A stretch of DNA of 64,000 nt from an uncultured Gaiellaceae bacterium (GTDB taxonomy: Bacteria > Actinomycetota > Thermoleophilia > Gaiellales > Gaiellaceae), in contig CAVYQX010000010.1 in assembly GCA_963770715.1 (NCBI GenBank), positions 19,138-83,137 of the forward strand. The letters are read 5' to 3'. Position 1 is the stretch's first letter. Each line of letters starts with the position of its first letter. The translations under genes and the position numbers were made by a program. The notes beneath the pieces are model-generated. The model made no database searches, was not told where the DNA came from, and saw nothing but the letters and a program-made list of their open reading frames with translations. Below, piece by piece: positions 49,056-57,878 of the stretch.

Positions 49056-50113
49056 CGTTCAAGAGCCCCTGGCTGCTCCTCGGCCTCGTCGTTCTCGCAC
49101 TCGCGATCGGGCTGTGGCTCCTCGCCGACCGCCGGCGTGCGCGCTACACGGTTCGCTACACGAACCTCGACGTCCTCGCGACCGTCGTCTCAGGACGTTC
49201 CTGGTGGCGGTACGTGCCTTCGGGCCTCGTGGCGCTCGGTCTGGCCGTCCTCCTCGTCGGCCTTGCCCGCCCGGAGGTGAAGCGCACGCTGCTCGGGGAG
49301 CGCGCGACGGTGATCCTCGTCGTCGACACGTCTCGCTCGATGCAGGCGAAGGACGTCGAGCCGACGCGGCTCGGCGCCGCCCAGGAGGCGCTGCAGACGT
49401 TCCTCGACAAGGCGCCGCACGACCTTCGGGTGGGCCTCGTAGTCTTCGCCGGCGAGGCGCAGGTCGCAACGCCGCCGACGAAGGACCACGAGCTCGTCGA
49501 GACTGCGATCACCGACATCGACCAGTTCCTCGTCTACGGCGGAACGGCCATCGGCGACGCCCTCCAGACCGCGGTGCTGCTGGGCCGGCAGGTGACCGAT
49601 CTCGCGCCGACGGACGACGACGGCGTCGCGGCCCCTGCGAGCTCGCCGACCACGCGAACGCTTGCTCAGTCCTCCTCGTGTCCCGAGGAGAAGAGCCCCG
49701 TCTCGATCCTGTTCCTCTCCGACGGTGCACAGACCCGCGGCCTTCTCCAGCCGCTCGAGGGAGCGGCGCTCGCGAAGGAGGCCTGCTTCCCCGTCTTCAC
49801 GATTGCGCTCGGCACGCCGGAGGGCGTCATCGAGCGGGGTCCGTTCGGCGGCATTCCCGGCTCGAGCGACGCCCAGGTGATCCCGGTGCCGCCCGACCCG
49901 GAAACGCTGCGCTCGATCGCGAGGACGACGGGCGGCGAGTTCTCCGAAGCTCGCACGGCCGAGTCCCTCGAGGTTGCCTACCAGAATCTCGGCTCGCGGC
50001 TCGGCCGCGAGACGGGCCAGAGCGAGATCACGTGGCTCTTCGTTGCGATCGCAGCCGCACTGCTGCTCGTCGGGACGGCTGTCGGCGCGTTCGTCTCGCC
50101 GCGCCTCCCCTGA
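49052..50113 (+). CDS. VWA-domain membrane protein (BatB-like)
   Basis: ATG 49052. MTFKSPWLLLGLVVLALAIGLWLL...ATVILVVDTSRSMQAKDVEPTRLGAAQEAL...ILFLSDGAQTRG...; C-terminal TM. Confidence 0.85.
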   Translation: MTFKSPWLLLGLVVLALAIGLWLLADRRRARYTVRYTNLDVLATVVSGRSWWRYVPSGLVALGLAVLLVGLARPEVKRTLLGERATVILVVDTSRSMQAKDVEPTRLGAAQEALQTFLDKAPHDLRVGLVVFAGEAQVATPPTKDHELVETAITDIDQFLVYGGTAIGDALQTAVLLGRQVTDLAPTDDDGVAAPASSPTTRTLAQSSSCPEEKSPVSILFLSDGAQTRGLLQPLEGAALAKEACFPVFTIALGTPEGVIERGPFGGIPGSSDAQVIPVPPDPETLRSIARTTGGEFSEARTAESLEVAYQNLGSRLGRETGQSEITWLFVAIAAALLLVGTAVGAFVSPRLP

Positions 50114-50575
50114 TCAGACCACGACGATCGTGAACGGGAGGTCGACCTTGTCGTCGCGACCAGCCGGGTGCATCACGACCCGAAACACGCCGCCCGGCCC
50201 AGCCTGAACGCTCGCGAGTGCGTCGCCGGTGGCGCTGACGACGGCGCTCGCACCCGAGATCCCGACGAAGCGCACCTCGAAGACTCCGAGCTCTGCGCGC
50301 CGCGCCTGCACGGCCCTCCCGGTGCAGTTGAACTTCCGGCCGAAGAGGTTGCCCGCGGCCGTGAAGCTGTCGGGGAGGTTCGCAATGCCTTGACTCGCGA
50401 CGCCGGTGACGACCGCGACGCCTCGGACCGCGCCGTTCGTGCACCGCTGCTGCGCGACCGAGGCGCTTTGGACGCGCTCGCCGACCGCGAGCGCGGATCC
50501 CCCGAGCGCGAAGAAGAGCGCGATCAGCGCGATCGCGGTTCCTGGCGTGATCGAGACTCGACGAATGCGCCTCAT
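50114..50575 (-). CDS. Secreted hypothetical protein
   Basis: ORF 50114..50674; start MRRIRRVSITPGTAIALIALFFALGGSALA. Confidence 0.45.
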   Translation of the reverse strand: MRRIRRVSITPGTAIALIALFFALGGSALAVGERVQSASVAQQRCTNGAVRGVAVVTGVASQGIANLPDSFTAAGNLFGRKFNCTGRAVQARRAELGVFEVRFVGISGASAVVSATGDALASVQAGPGGVFRVVMHPAGRDDKVDLPFTIVVV

Positions 50576-50624
50576 CGGTGCTCCTTCCCGGTGCGGTTGA
50601 CGGTTGCACGGTAGGTTCCACTCG

Positions 50625-51692
50625 ATGTCGGACGGCACCGCGACGCGCCGCCGGGGGCTGACGAAGAACCACAAGCGGATGCTCGGCGCGGCCGGCTCGA
50701 TCGCGGTCGTCGTCCTCGTCTTCGCCTTCGTCCTCCCGCGGATCGCCGACTATCGCGATGTCTTCGACGTCGTGCGGGGTCTCGGCTGGCAGGACTGGGC
50801 CCTGCTGGCGGGCGCGGTCGTGCTCAATCTCGCGACTTTCCCTCCGCCGTGGATGGCTGCGTTGCCGGGCCTCGGTTATCGCGAAGGCATGGCGATGACG
50901 CAGGCGTCGACGGCTCTCTCGATCGTCTCCCCCGCGGGTGCCGCCGTCGGCATGGCGGCGTCGTACTCGATGCTGCGCGCGTGGAAGTTCCCGCCGGCGG
51001 CCGTCGGCCTCGCCGTCGCGATCACCGGTCTCTGGAATCAGCTCGCCAACCTGGCGTTTCCCGTGGTGGCGCTCGCGCTCCTGACGCTCGAGGACGAGAC
51101 GCACCGGGCGCTGCAGACCGCCGCGCTGATCGGCCTGGCCGTCCTCGTCGTGGCGGTGGCCGGATTGGCGCTCGTTCTCTCGCGGGCCGAGCGGGCGCAG
51201 CGCATCGGCGACCTCGCGGCGCGGCTGGCAAGCCGTGCGCTGCGTGTCGTCCGCAAAGGCCCGGTCGCCTGGGCAGGCGAGTCGTTCGTGCGCTTCCGGT
51301 CGCGGGCGCTCGGCCTGCTCCGGCGCCGGTGGCACGTCATCACGATCTCGACGCTCGTGGGTCATCTGACGGTTTTCGTGCTTCTCGTCGTCTGCCTCCG
51401 TGCCACAGGCGTTTCGAACTCGGAAGTAACGGGTGTCGAGGCATTCGCGGCATGGGCGCTCGTGCGGATTCTCGGTGCCTTGCCCCTGACGCCTGCGGGC
51501 GTCGGGATCGTCGAGGTCGGCCTGACCGGTGCCCTCGTCGCCTTCGGGGCACCCAATGCCGAGGCGGTCGCCGCCACGCTTCTGTACCGCGCATCGACCG
51601 TCTTGCCCACTCTGGCCCTGGGCTTGCTGGCTGCTGCCACTTGGCGCACGCACCACCCGGGGGAGTCGATAGGCTCGCCGAGTGATCCCTGA
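50625..51692 (+). CDS. LPG-synthase-TM / UPF0104 'flippase-like' membrane protein, second copy (intact)
   Basis: ORF 50604..51692; MSDGTATRRRGLTKNHKRMLGAAGSIAVVVLVFAFVLPRI...LPLTPAGVGIVEVGL. Confidence 0.75.
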   Translation: MSDGTATRRRGLTKNHKRMLGAAGSIAVVVLVFAFVLPRIADYRDVFDVVRGLGWQDWALLAGAVVLNLATFPPPWMAALPGLGYREGMAMTQASTALSIVSPAGAAVGMAASYSMLRAWKFPPAAVGLAVAITGLWNQLANLAFPVVALALLTLEDETHRALQTAALIGLAVLVVAVAGLALVLSRAERAQRIGDLAARLASRALRVVRKGPVAWAGESFVRFRSRALGLLRRRWHVITISTLVGHLTVFVLLVVCLRATGVSNSEVTGVEAFAAWALVRILGALPLTPAGVGIVEVGLTGALVAFGAPNAEAVAATLLYRASTVLPTLALGLLAAATWRTHHPGESIGSPSDP

Positions 51693-51766
51693 CGAGGGGC
51701 AGGATCACTGAATCGAGGGACGACACGTCACTCGATTTGGGGAAGGATCCCGGTCGGAGCTGAGGC

Positions 51767-52360
51767 ATGGTGCGAACCGTGACCTCTGTGGCTGCGGCAG
51801 CCCCGGTCCGTCTCGGCGCGACCGCCCTCGCGATCGTGTCCCTGCTCGCCGTTCTCGTCGCCGGACGAGCCGACGGCTCGCCACGTGCCTGGAGTGCGTA
51901 CCTCGCGCCCGACAGCACGTGTTCTTCAGCGAGCGACGCGAATGCTCCGGCAGCCGTGCAGACGCAAGCCATCGTCTGCCTCGTGAACTGGGCCCGCGCG
52001 CAGGATCGCCGCCAGCACCTCGTGCAGCGCCCGAGGCTCGACCTCGCAGCCGAGTTGAAGGGCCAACGGGTCGCTTCCTGTGGCCAGTTCTCACACACGC
52101 CGTGCGGGGCGGCCGTCACGTCGTCCGTGAGGGCGGCGGGCTACCGCTATTCGAGGTTCGCCGAGAATCTCTTCGTCGGGACGTGGGGGCGCTTCTCCGC
52201 CCGGGACGCCGTCAGCGCATGGCTACAGTCGCCGCCCCATCGCGCCAACATGCTGAACGGGCACTTCCGTGACTTCGGCGCTGCGCCCGTGCGTGCGACC
52301 GGCCTGCTCGACGGCGCGGATGCGGTCGTGTGGACGGCGACGTTCGGCTCCCGCCGCTAG
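51767..52360 (+). CDS. CAP/SCP-domain secreted protein
   Basis: ORF 197 aa; signal, then ...VCLVNWARAQ...FSHTPCG...YRYSRFAENLF...AVSAWLQSPPHRANML. Confidence 0.7.
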   Translation: MVRTVTSVAAAAPVRLGATALAIVSLLAVLVAGRADGSPRAWSAYLAPDSTCSSASDANAPAAVQTQAIVCLVNWARAQDRRQHLVQRPRLDLAAELKGQRVASCGQFSHTPCGAAVTSSVRAAGYRYSRFAENLFVGTWGRFSARDAVSAWLQSPPHRANMLNGHFRDFGAAPVRATGLLDGADAVVWTATFGSRR

Positions 52361-52408
52361 CGCTCCTCGCAACGCAGGACTCAGACTCTCCGGCGGGAAG
52401 CTCCGGCC

Positions 52409-52598
52409 ATGCCGGAAGAAAGCCACCTCGACGAGATGCGCGACGCGATCCGTCGCGACTTCGAGCGACTCGCCGAGCGTCGAGGAGAGCAGGGGCTCCT
52501 ACGTGTGAGCCGAGCCCGCGGTAGCGGCTCGCGACGAGCCGGAGCCCGAGGTCGAGCCCGAGCGGCGCTGGTGGTTCGCACGGCTCCTCTCGCCCTGA
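52409..52598 (+). pseudogene. Hypothetical small protein, probably frameshifted
   Basis: MPEESHLDEMRDAIRRDFERLAERRGEQGLLRV, then a plausible continuation AEPAVAARDEPEPEVEPERRWWFARLLSP ending at TGA 52596-52598. Confidence 0.25.
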
Positions 52599-52626
52599 CT
52601 CGGCGCCGGCCAGCTGTAATTCGGTC

Positions 52627-53156
52627 GTGGACAAGGCCGAGCGCGACGCGATCCTGCGCCAGGGAGTCGTCCTTCCCGAGACGCCGCGCCAACGCCGCGA
52701 GCTCGCAGCGCTCGCCGAGGACCTGGAGACGATCCCCCTCACGGGAAAGCCTCTCCCCGTTCGACTCCGCGCGTTCCGCCCCACTGCGGAGGCCTACCTG
52801 GTCGCGACGCGCGGCCCGCTCCCGTACATGCTTCGCTTGCGCGAGATCGAGCAGGGCACACACGAGCTCGAAGCTCGCTGCGCGAGGCATGGGAAGCGCT
52901 CGCAGCAGAGCGCGAGACGGATCCGCATCGCTTCCACCGCGAGTGGACGACTCGGGCGCATGCGCTCCGCTTCGACGACCTCAACGACCTCATCGAGCGC
53001 CACAACCTCTGGTATCCCGTCGAGTCGCGTCTCCCGATGGATCCGCGCACGGGCGACTTCGCGCTCGTGAACGGACGCGACTATCGGCTCGCCCCGCTCG
53101 ACGCACGCTGGGTGCTCGAGCGCTTCCCGGCTGATTTCACCCACGTTGGTCGGTAG
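52627..53156 (+). pseudogene. DUF1992-like (DnaJ-C28-like) hypothetical protein; frame broken near 52880
   Basis: ORF 52627.. (LTGKPLPVRLRAFRPTAEAYLVATRGPLPYMLRLREIEQ), then LREAWEALAAERE...LNDLIERHNLWYPVESRLPMDPRTGDFALVNGRDYRL... with the stop at 53156. Confidence 0.4.
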
Positions 53157-53184
53157 CTGCGACGCGGCCGCGCAGCGGCCGCCT

Positions 53185-53816
53185 TCAGGGGTCTTCGCGC
53201 GATCGGGATTCGCGTGAGCGAGTCCCGAGCTTCCGCGCACGAACGAGCGCGTCGATCGCGTCGCGTTCTTCGCCGTGGACGTCTCTCAGGACGCGCTCGG
53301 CCTTTTCGATCTCGAGATCGGGAAGCTCGCTGGCGATCTCGTCCGGCGTGAAATGGATCGCGGGGTCGCTCGGCCCGCCGACGCCCTCGGTCATGTTCAG
53401 TGTGTCGTGACCGATGAGCAGGAACGTGCCTCCCGGCGCCAGGGCCGCGGCCGCACGCCGGAGAACGCCGCGCCGCTCGTCTGCCGAGATGTGCAGGTAG
53501 AGGATGACGACGAGATCGAACGCGAGCGGCTCCGGCTCGTACGTCACGAGATCGGCGCACACGAACTCGACGTCGGACTCCGTCACGCTCGGCCCGGCGC
53601 GCGCGCCTTCGAGATCGCGACCTCGGAGTAGTCGACTCCGGTGACGTCCCAGCCGAGCGTGGCCAGCCAGATCGCGTTCTGCCCTTCGCCGCACGCGAGG
53701 TCGAGCGCCCGTCCGGGCTGGAGATCGCCCACCTCGGCGACGAGAAACCGGTTCGGCTTCGCCGCCCACAGGTTCTCGACGGCGGCGTACTGCGCGTCCC
53801 AGTCCTCACGCCTCAC
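53185..53816 (-). pseudogene. Class I SAM-dependent methyltransferase; frame broken near 53600
   Basis: ORF 53583..53816 (RALDLACGEGQNAIWLATLGWDVTGVDYSEVAISKA), then ORF 53185..53769 (VEFVCADLVTYEPEPLAFDLVVILYLHI...LAPGGTFLLIGH). Confidence 0.7.
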
Positions 53817-54951
53817 GCGGCCTCAACCTCCCGGCGACGCGGTACGTCGCACCTAGGGTCAGCGCACAGAGCGTCGCGCCGACGAGGTACGGAGCCGCGT
53901 CGCCTGCGGACTCGGCGAGCGCTCCGCCCGCGGTCGGCCCGACGACCTCGCCGAACGCCCACGAGGTGTTCATGACTCCGAAGGCGAGTCCCTGTGCGAG
54001 TCCGGCCGCCTCGGCCCGATGAGACGTCAGCGCGATGCCGGGCGTGTAGAAGCTGCCGAAGGAGAGCGTCGCGACGACGACGAGCACGGCGACGACGGCC
54101 GCACGCGAGCTCGCCGCCAGCGCGACGGCGACGACGGCGGACGCCGCCAGCGCGACCCGGATCGGCAGCAGCCTGCCCGCGCGATCGGTGAAGCGTCCGA
54201 GCAACGGATTGAGGACGACCTCCGTCAGGCTGGCGGCGAAGAAGACGACCGCGATCGCGAGGGTGCTCCAACCCGCTTCGTCGAGCGTGAGCGGCGTGAG
54301 AACGATGAGGACCCCGAAGAGGAGCGCGGGCAGCATGCTCAGCCAGAGGCCGCCGACGAAGCGCGGGTCGCGGAACGCCTTCGCGAGCCCTCCGAGCGCG
54401 AGCGTCTCGCGACGCCCCGATCGTGCGAGCCCTGCGAGCCCTGCAAAGGCGAGCGTGACCACGCCGACGATGCCGAAGGACAGGCCGACGCCGGCGAGCT
54501 CGGCGAGCCCGCCGAAGACAGGGCCGAGAACCGCACCGAAGATGGCGACGCCGAACGTCGTGCCGATCACCTCGCCGCGCCGCTCGCGCGGCGCCTCGAC
54601 CGAGATCCACGCGAGGGCGCCCGCCCAGGTCGCCGTGCTCGCGATGCCCTGGACGAAGCGCGCGGCGCCGAGTGCAACCGCGCTGTCCGCCGAGGCGAAC
54701 GCGAAGCTCGCGACGGCGAGCAGGAGGAGCGCGCCCACGACCCCGCGCTTCGGCCCCCATTTGGATGCCGCGAGGCCGCCGGGAATGCCCCCGAAGAGCG
54801 CGCCGGCGCCGTACGCGCCCACGAGGAGGCCCGCCCCCGTCTTCGAGAGGTCGAACTCCTCTGCGTACGACGGCACGAGAGGCGTCAGCGCCGTGAAGAG
54901 GAGCGCGTCGACGAAGATGATCGCGCTGACGAGTGCGAGGAGGCGGCGCAT
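53806..54951 (-). CDS. MFS transporter
   Basis: ORF 53806..55038; likely start MRRLLALVSAIIFVDALLFTALTPLVPSY at 54951. It has 12-TM-like hydrophobic periodicity and is intact. Confidence 0.8.
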   Translation of the reverse strand: MRRLLALVSAIIFVDALLFTALTPLVPSYAEEFDLSKTGAGLLVGAYGAGALFGGIPGGLAASKWGPKRGVVGALLLLAVASFAFASADSAVALGAARFVQGIASTATWAGALAWISVEAPRERRGEVIGTTFGVAIFGAVLGPVFGGLAELAGVGLSFGIVGVVTLAFAGLAGLARSGRRETLALGGLAKAFRDPRFVGGLWLSMLPALLFGVLIVLTPLTLDEAGWSTLAIAVVFFAASLTEVVLNPLLGRFTDRAGRLLPIRVALAASAVVAVALAASSRAAVVAVLVVVATLSFGSFYTPGIALTSHRAEAAGLAQGLAFGVMNTSWAFGEVVGPTAGGALAESAGDAAPYLVGATLCALTLGATYRVAGRLRPREA

Positions 54952-54980
54952 CTCGACGAGACTAGCCGCGCAAAGAAAAT

Positions 54981-55081
54981 GCACCGAGCCGGTGGCGCCC
55001 TCGTCCGACCTTCCGACTGACCACCGCCGAAGCGACAACCACTCGGAGAGCCATCAACCTCAGACACTCCGTACTCGGTGC
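54981..55081 (-). ncRNA. Structured RNA-like element U1 (101 nt), 29 nt upstream of the MFS start codon
   Basis: Minus-strand reading: P1 GCACCGAG/CUCGGUGC, hairpin CGGAG..CUCCG, CGC-UUCG-GCG tetraloop hairpin, conserved GUCGGAAGGUCGGACGAGGGCGCCACCGG. Confidence 0.5.
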
Positions 55082-55294
55082 ATCGCGGACTCTATGGATC
55101 GGATGGCAACCGGTCAAGCACCACTCGGACGGAATTCGCCGCAATTTGCGATCTCACCCGGGCAGCGGCTTGCACCGCGGTCGCAAAGTGCACGGATCTC
55201 GCCCGGAGCTTCCCGCGCCGGCACCGCGGCTGGACGCTGGTTGACGGGGGAGAGGCGTCGCGTTCCGGAAGCGAGTGCCGGACCACGACGAAAT

Positions 55295-55395
55295 GCACCG
55301 AGCCGGTTGCGCCTTCGTCCGGCTTTCCGACTGACTGCCGCCGAAACGGCCGCCGATCGGAGAGCCATCAACCTCGGACGCTCCGTACTCGGTGC
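55295..55395 (-). ncRNA. Structured RNA-like element U2 (101 nt)
   Basis: Very similar to U1 (about 15 substitutions by eye). It has the same P1 and the GCCG-UUU-CGGC hairpin. Confidence 0.45.
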
Positions 55396-55528
55396 ATCGC
55401 CGACTCTAGGGGCACCCCTTGGGCCGGTCAAGGCTTCGGGATTCACAACTTCGTCGCAAATTGCGCTCTTTTCTTTTCGCAATGGCCTGATTGCGACTCG
55501 AAGAGCCTGCTCTAGGTCGCGAGGGACG

Positions 55529-55556
55529 AAAAAAGGCCGGGCACCAAGGCCCGGCC
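55529..55556 (-). terminator. Rho-independent terminator on the minus strand (GGCCGGGC-loop-GCCCGGCC followed by U6)
   Basis: + strand reads AAAAAA GGCCGGGC ACCAAG GCCCGGCC. On the minus strand the hairpin is followed by TTTTTT. It lies 9 nt after U3. Confidence 0.6.
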
Positions 55557-55565
55557 GCAAGAATT

Positions 55566-55667
55566 CGCCGAGCCGGGAACGCTTTCGTCCACCTTCCCGA
55601 CGAACCTTCCGCTTCCGCGTAGTGCTCCTCGGGGGGCTTCGTCCTACCGGCGCCCCGTGCTCGGCGC
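55566..55667 (-). ncRNA. Structured RNA-like element U3 (102 nt, most diverged)
   Basis: P1 CGCCGAGC/GCUCGGCG, hairpin CGGGG..CCCCG, CGC-GGAA-GCG (GNRA) hairpin, conserved GUCGGGAAGGUGGACGAAAGCGUUCCCGG. Confidence 0.5.
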
Positions 55668-55823
55668 AGGGAGGAATCTAGGAGATCGGACCTGTCCACG
55701 CAAGGGGGTCCGGCGAAGAAATCTCTCGCTATTTGCGATCAGCCGATCCAGCCCTGGCCGCTCCGGTCGGCGCGGCGCCGGTTGCACGACGAGCTTCACG
55801 AGACGCGGTCTAGGCTCCGCCGC

Positions 55824-57059
55824 ATGCGTGAACGCGCACGCGCCGTCGTGATCGGGGGCGGAGTCGGCGGTTGCTCGATCCTCTACTGGCTGACGCGGCT
55901 CGGCTGGGAGGACGTCGTCCTCGTCGAGCGCGCCGAGCTGACGAGCGGTTCGACGTTCCACTCCGCCGGTCTCGTCGGGCAACTGCGGAGCTCGCTGTCC
56001 CTCACGAGGATGATGATGGAGAGCGTCGACCTCTACCGCTCGCTCGAGGCCGAGGTCGGGCTCGAGACGGGCTGGCACGAGGTCGGCTCGCTGCGGCTCG
56101 TGGAGCGGGCCGCAGCCCTCGGCTTCACGCCGATGACGGGCTCCGAGCTCGAGTTCTACCTCCTCCGAGAGACCTACGAGGAGGCCTGGGCTCACCGCTA
56201 CGAGGATCTGACTCCTTCGGTTCCGTACATCCTCGACTACCACATCCTCGCCACGACCTACGACGAGGCCCTCATCCGCCAGATTCGCAACGGCATGCAC
56301 GGCGCCGGCATCAAGGTGGAGACGTCGAAGGGGGAGGCGTGGCCGGGCCAGCACGAGATCAACTTCCGCTTCGCCGACGCGCTGACGATGGCCGACAACC
56401 ACGCGATCTACAAGAACGGCGCCAAGGAGATCGCCAACCTCAACGGCTGCTCGATCACGTTCATGGCCAAGCCGTTCGAGTCGTGGATCGGGAACTCGTG
56501 CCACATCCACGCGTCGCTCTTCCGTGACGGCGAGCCGGCGTTCCGCGATGATCCCGCGCTCTTCGACTGCTTCCTCGCCGGGATGATCGCGTGCTTCAAG
56601 GAGCTGGCGATCTTCCTCGCTCCGACCATCAACTCGTACAAGCGCTACGCCGCCGGGAGCTGGGCGCCGACGACGCTCGCGTGGGGGAACGACAACCGCA
56701 CGTGCGGGTTCCGGCTCGTCGGCCACGGTGCGTCGCGGCGCGTCGAGACGCGGATCCCCGGCGGTGACGTCAACCCGTACCTCGCGTTCGCGGCGATGAT
56801 CGCCGCGGGCCTGCACGGGATCGAGAACGAGCTCGAGCTGCCGCCCGGTCTCGAGGGGAACGCCTACGAGTCGGACGCCGAGCGCTTCCCGGCGTCGCTG
56901 CGCGAGGCGATCCTCGCGCTCGAGCTCGGCACGACGGCACGTGGTGCGTTCGGCGACCAGGTCGTCGACCACTATCTGAACTACGCGCACACGGAGCAGG
57001 CGCTGTTCGACAAGGTCGTCACCGACTGGGAGCGGATGCGGCTCTTCGAGCGCGGCTAG
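55824..57059 (+). CDS. Chimeric ORF: FAD-dependent oxidoreductase (DAO-family) N-terminus (~95 aa) fused in frame to a glutamine-synthetase-family catalytic domain lacking its own N-terminal domain
   Basis: MRERARAVVIGGGVGGCSILYWLTRLGWEDVVLVERAELTSGSTFHSAGLVGQLR...WHEVGSLRL, then AAALGFTPMTGSELEFYLLRE...WPGQHEINFRF...CHIHASL...TINSYKRY...AWGNDNRTCGFR. Confidence 0.7.
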   Translation: MRERARAVVIGGGVGGCSILYWLTRLGWEDVVLVERAELTSGSTFHSAGLVGQLRSSLSLTRMMMESVDLYRSLEAEVGLETGWHEVGSLRLVERAAALGFTPMTGSELEFYLLRETYEEAWAHRYEDLTPSVPYILDYHILATTYDEALIRQIRNGMHGAGIKVETSKGEAWPGQHEINFRFADALTMADNHAIYKNGAKEIANLNGCSITFMAKPFESWIGNSCHIHASLFRDGEPAFRDDPALFDCFLAGMIACFKELAIFLAPTINSYKRYAAGSWAPTTLAWGNDNRTCGFRLVGHGASRRVETRIPGGDVNPYLAFAAMIAAGLHGIENELELPPGLEGNAYESDAERFPASLREAILALELGTTARGAFGDQVVDHYLNYAHTEQALFDKVVTDWERMRLFERG

Positions 57060-57062
57060 GGC

Positions 57063-57878
57063 GTGCGCGTCGTCCTCATCTCGGAGATCGCGCCGGCGGT
57101 CCAGGGTCTGTCGGAGCTCCTTCGCGCCGAGGGCCACGAGCCGGTCGCGCTCCTCTGTGTCCGGCGTGACGCCGAGCGGTACACGGAGATGAGCGAGCTC
57201 CTGGCCGCTGCGCCGCCGGAGATCGACGTGGTGATGCCTGCTGCGCGTAACCGGATCGGGCCGCTGCTTCGACTGTTCGAGCCGGACGTCGCGCTGTGCA
57301 TCGGCTTCCCGTGGAAGATCCCGCCCGACGCGCTCGCGGTGCCTCGGCACGGCATCGTGAACGGCCACCCGTCGCTCCTTCCGCGCTATCGCGGGCCGAG
57401 CCCCGTCTCGTGGGCGATCCGCAGCGGCGACGAGGAGGTCGGCTTCACGTTCCACTACATGGACGCGGAGCTCGACACCGGGAACATCCTCGGTCAGGCG
57501 CGTATCCCGCTCGACGACGAGCACTCCTGGGACGAGCTGACGCCGAAGCTCGCGGAGGCTGTCGGCACGCTGCTTCCCGCTGTGTTGGCGCGCGTGGCGA
57601 GCGACGATCCGGGCGATCCGCAGGACGAGAGCCAGGCGAGCTACCTCGGGCCGTTCGAGCCCGAGTACGTGCAGATCGACTCGTCGAATCCGGCAGCCGA
57701 GATCGAGCGGCAAGTCCGTGCGTGGCGCTTCCACGCGGCGATACCCCGCGGCGGTGCGTTGGCGGAGATCGACGGCGAGCTCGTCCGGGTGCTACGCGTA
57801 ACGCGGGCGCCGGGGGAGGGTCGCGCACTGGCCTGCGCAGACGGCACACTCTGGATCGTGGAGACGGAAGCGCCTTGA
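57063..57878 (+). CDS. Formyltransferase-family protein (Fmt-like)
   Basis: ORF 271 aa: ...GIVNGHPSLLPRYRGPSPVSWAIRSGDEEVGFTFHYMDAELDTGNIL.... Confidence 0.75.
   Translation: MRVVLISEIAPAVQGLSELLRAEGHEPVALLCVRRDAERYTEMSELLAAAPPEIDVVMPAARNRIGPLLRLFEPDVALCIGFPWKIPPDALAVPRHGIVNGHPSLLPRYRGPSPVSWAIRSGDEEVGFTFHYMDAELDTGNILGQARIPLDDEHSWDELTPKLAEAVGTLLPAVLARVASDDPGDPQDESQASYLGPFEPEYVQIDSSNPAAEIERQVRAWRFHAAIPRGGALAEIDGELVRVLRVTRAPGEGRALACADGTLWIVETEAP

Noticed and set aside
54981-55667. Assignment of the tandem elements to the guanidine-III (ykkC-III) or glycine riboswitch class
   Set aside because: - Guanidine-III: only the CGGACGAGG-GCGCC-CCGG half matches, and the conserved CAGGACAAGACGG half is absent.
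- Glycine: the GGAGAG, CCGAAG..CAA and CUCAG strings occur on the + strand in the wrong order for a glycine aptamer, and the terminator points to the minus strand.
55644-57734. 696-aa minus-strand ORF. Similar long antisense ORFs occur at 50028-51656, 58672-60105, 16721-18022, 43654-44538 and 41158-42240.
   Set aside because: All of them overlap well-supported genes on the opposite strand. All have the R/D/E/P/G-rich composition of non-coding frames in high-GC DNA.
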